NCBI GenBank assembly: GCA_905339235.1
Contig: CAJPFG010000023.1
Location: forward strand, 89,621-153,620
Source of the DNA: Phycisphaerales bacterium
Lineage (GTDB): Bacteria; Planctomycetota; Phycisphaerae; Phycisphaerales; UBA1924
Direction: 5' to 3'
Length of the DNA stretch: 64,000 nucleotides
This document shows positions 62,619-64,000 of the stretch, piece after piece. A program made the position numbers and the translations under genes. A model generated the notes under the pieces. The model did no database searches and was not told the DNA's origin. It saw nothing but the letters and a program-made list of their open reading frames with translations. Position 1 is the stretch's first letter. Every line of letters starts with the position of its first letter.

Positions 62619-63962
62619 ATGGTCAAAGCACTCACCGTCGCCGCGCTGTGCCTGAGCGTGTCCAATGCCCTCGCGCAGGAAGTCGTGCCGCACCTGCTCC
62701 GCGGCCCCGAGGCCTTCGGCGACTGGCGCAACGATGCGCCCGGTATCCGGCGCCTCATCACGCCCAAGGACCTGCCCCCGCCCGGCGAATCCAAACAGCG
62801 CGAATCGAAGATCGTCTCCATGCCAAACGACGCCACGCCCAAGGTGCCGCCGGGGTTCATGGTCGAAAGGATCGCCGGAGGGCTCACCCAACCCCGCGTG
62901 GTACGCGTCGCGCCCAACGGGGACCTCTTCGTCGCCACCAGCAAGGCCAACGAAATCCGCGTGTACCGCCTTCATCCCGAAAGCGCCAACATCGAGCGCC
63001 AGGATGTCTTCGCCACCGGGCTGAAGAAGCCCTACGGCATCGCTTTCTATCCGCCCGGCGACCACCCCGAGTGGGTCTATGTCGCGAACACCGACAGCGT
63101 CGTTCGATTCCGCTACAGCCCCGGCGACACGAAGGCTTCGAGCGCCCCCGAGCGGATCATCGAGGGCATCCCCTCCGCTCACCATTGGACCCGCGACATC
63201 GCGTTCTCGCCCGACGGCAAGACGCTGTACCTCGCCGTCGGTTCCGGCTCCAACGTGGCCCTCGACATGTTCCCCGAGCCGATGGAGCCCAAGGGCCTCG
63301 CCGCGTGGAACGCCGTCAAGCCGCTGGGCGCGACCTGGGACACCGAAGAGGACCGCGCGGCCGTCCTCTCCTTCAGCCCCGACGGCGGCAACCGCCGCCT
63401 CTACGTCACCGGCATCCGCAACCCCGCCGGCATCGCCATCCAGCCGGCGACCGGCGACCTCTGGGCGGTCGTAAACGAGCGCGACGGGCTGGGCGACGAT
63501 ACTCCTTTCGAATACGCCACTCACCTCGGCGAAGGCATGTGCTTCGGCTGGCCCTGGTACTACATCGGCAGCAACGAGGACCCGCGATACCCCGGCAAGA
63601 GACCCGATCTCCGGGGCCGCATCACCGTTCCCGACGTGCTCATGCAGGCCCACTCGGCCGCGCTGCAGATCGCCTTCTACAACGCCGACGCGTTCCCGGC
63701 CGACTACAAAGGCAGCGCCTTCGTCGCGCTCCACGGCTCGTGGGATCGCGAGAAGCTGACCGGCTACAAGGTCGTCCGCCTTCTCTTCGACCGCAACCAC
63801 AAGGCCACCGGCGCGTACGAGGACTTCATGACCGGCTTCGTCGTCTCGGACACCGAAGTCTGGGGCCGCCCGGTGGGCGTGGCCGTTGCGAAGGATGGGT
63901 CGCTCATCGTCACCGAAGACGGCAATGGCACGATCTGGCGAGTGTCGTACCGGCGGCGCTGA
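62619..63962 (+). CDS. PQQ-dependent sugar (glucose/sorbosone) dehydrogenase-family beta-propeller protein, secreted
   Basis: Signal peptide MVKALTVAALCLSVSNALAQ, and GSDH-family motifs (PNGDLFVAT, PYGIAFYP, HHWTRDIAFSPDGKTLYLAVGS, TGDLWAVVNERDGLGDDTP). Confidence 0.7.
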   Translation: MVKALTVAALCLSVSNALAQEVVPHLLRGPEAFGDWRNDAPGIRRLITPKDLPPPGESKQRESKIVSMPNDATPKVPPGFMVERIAGGLTQPRVVRVAPNGDLFVATSKANEIRVYRLHPESANIERQDVFATGLKKPYGIAFYPPGDHPEWVYVANTDSVVRFRYSPGDTKASSAPERIIEGIPSAHHWTRDIAFSPDGKTLYLAVGSGSNVALDMFPEPMEPKGLAAWNAVKPLGATWDTEEDRAAVLSFSPDGGNRRLYVTGIRNPAGIAIQPATGDLWAVVNERDGLGDDTPFEYATHLGEGMCFGWPWYYIGSNEDPRYPGKRPDLRGRITVPDVLMQAHSAALQIAFYNADAFPADYKGSAFVALHGSWDREKLTGYKVVRLLFDRNHKATGAYEDFMTGFVVSDTEVWGRPVGVAVAKDGSLIVTEDGNGTIWRVSYRRR

Positions 63963-64000
63963 TCAACTCCGGCGACGATGCACATGGCTCCGATCATCGT

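Noticed and set aside
1-64000. CRISPR arrays, rRNA, tRNA, IS elements
   Set aside because: I found no regularly spaced direct repeats, no rRNA-like conserved blocks, no convincing tRNA cloverleafs, and no transposase-like ORFs. The only recombinase is a XerC/D-type with no flanking inverted repeats.

Overview
This window appears to be a high-GC (roughly 65-70%) chromosomal segment, probably from a Planctomycetes-like bacterium. That assignment rests on a DUF1559/H-X9-DG prepilin-like protein, an HAF-repeat protein, and several PEP-CTERM-like C-termini with a VP(A/V)PG...RRRR anchor.

The first ~17 kb is one co-directional flagellar export/hook gene cluster: fliJ' - MotE/YlxF-like - fliK - flgD - small ORF - flgE - 2-TM ORF - fliL - fliN - fliO - fliP - fliQ - fliR - flhB - flhA - flhF - flhG - 2-TM ORF - fliA. 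It is followed by a clean rho-independent terminator and folK. Several junctions overlap (ATGA/GTGA), suggesting translational coupling.

The rest of the window is mostly housekeeping: xerC/D-like recombinase, a TolB-like lipoprotein pair, nuoC, a giant LptD-like outer-membrane protein, hmgA, a flotillin-like protein, pyrF, nuoI, sthA, alaS, recG, fabD/fabG, metH and a PQQ-dependent sugar dehydrogenase. Interspersed accessory-looking pieces stand out:
- a tandem array of four paralogous PEP-CTERM-type secreted proteins (35.3-38.3 kb), plus a separate HAF-repeat PEP-CTERM protein;
- a possible defence module at 52.5-54.9 kb (DIP1984-like protein, predicted PD-(D/E)xK nuclease, zinc-ribbon membrane protein), with a nested inverted-repeat RNA-like element in its intergenic region;
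- a second, domain-permuted zinc-ribbon membrane paralog at 57.3-57.9 kb;
- an orphan DUF104-like antitoxin.

I found no rRNA, tRNA or CRISPR array. Many long ORFs in the supplied track are antisense or out-of-frame artefacts typical of high-GC DNA and were not called.
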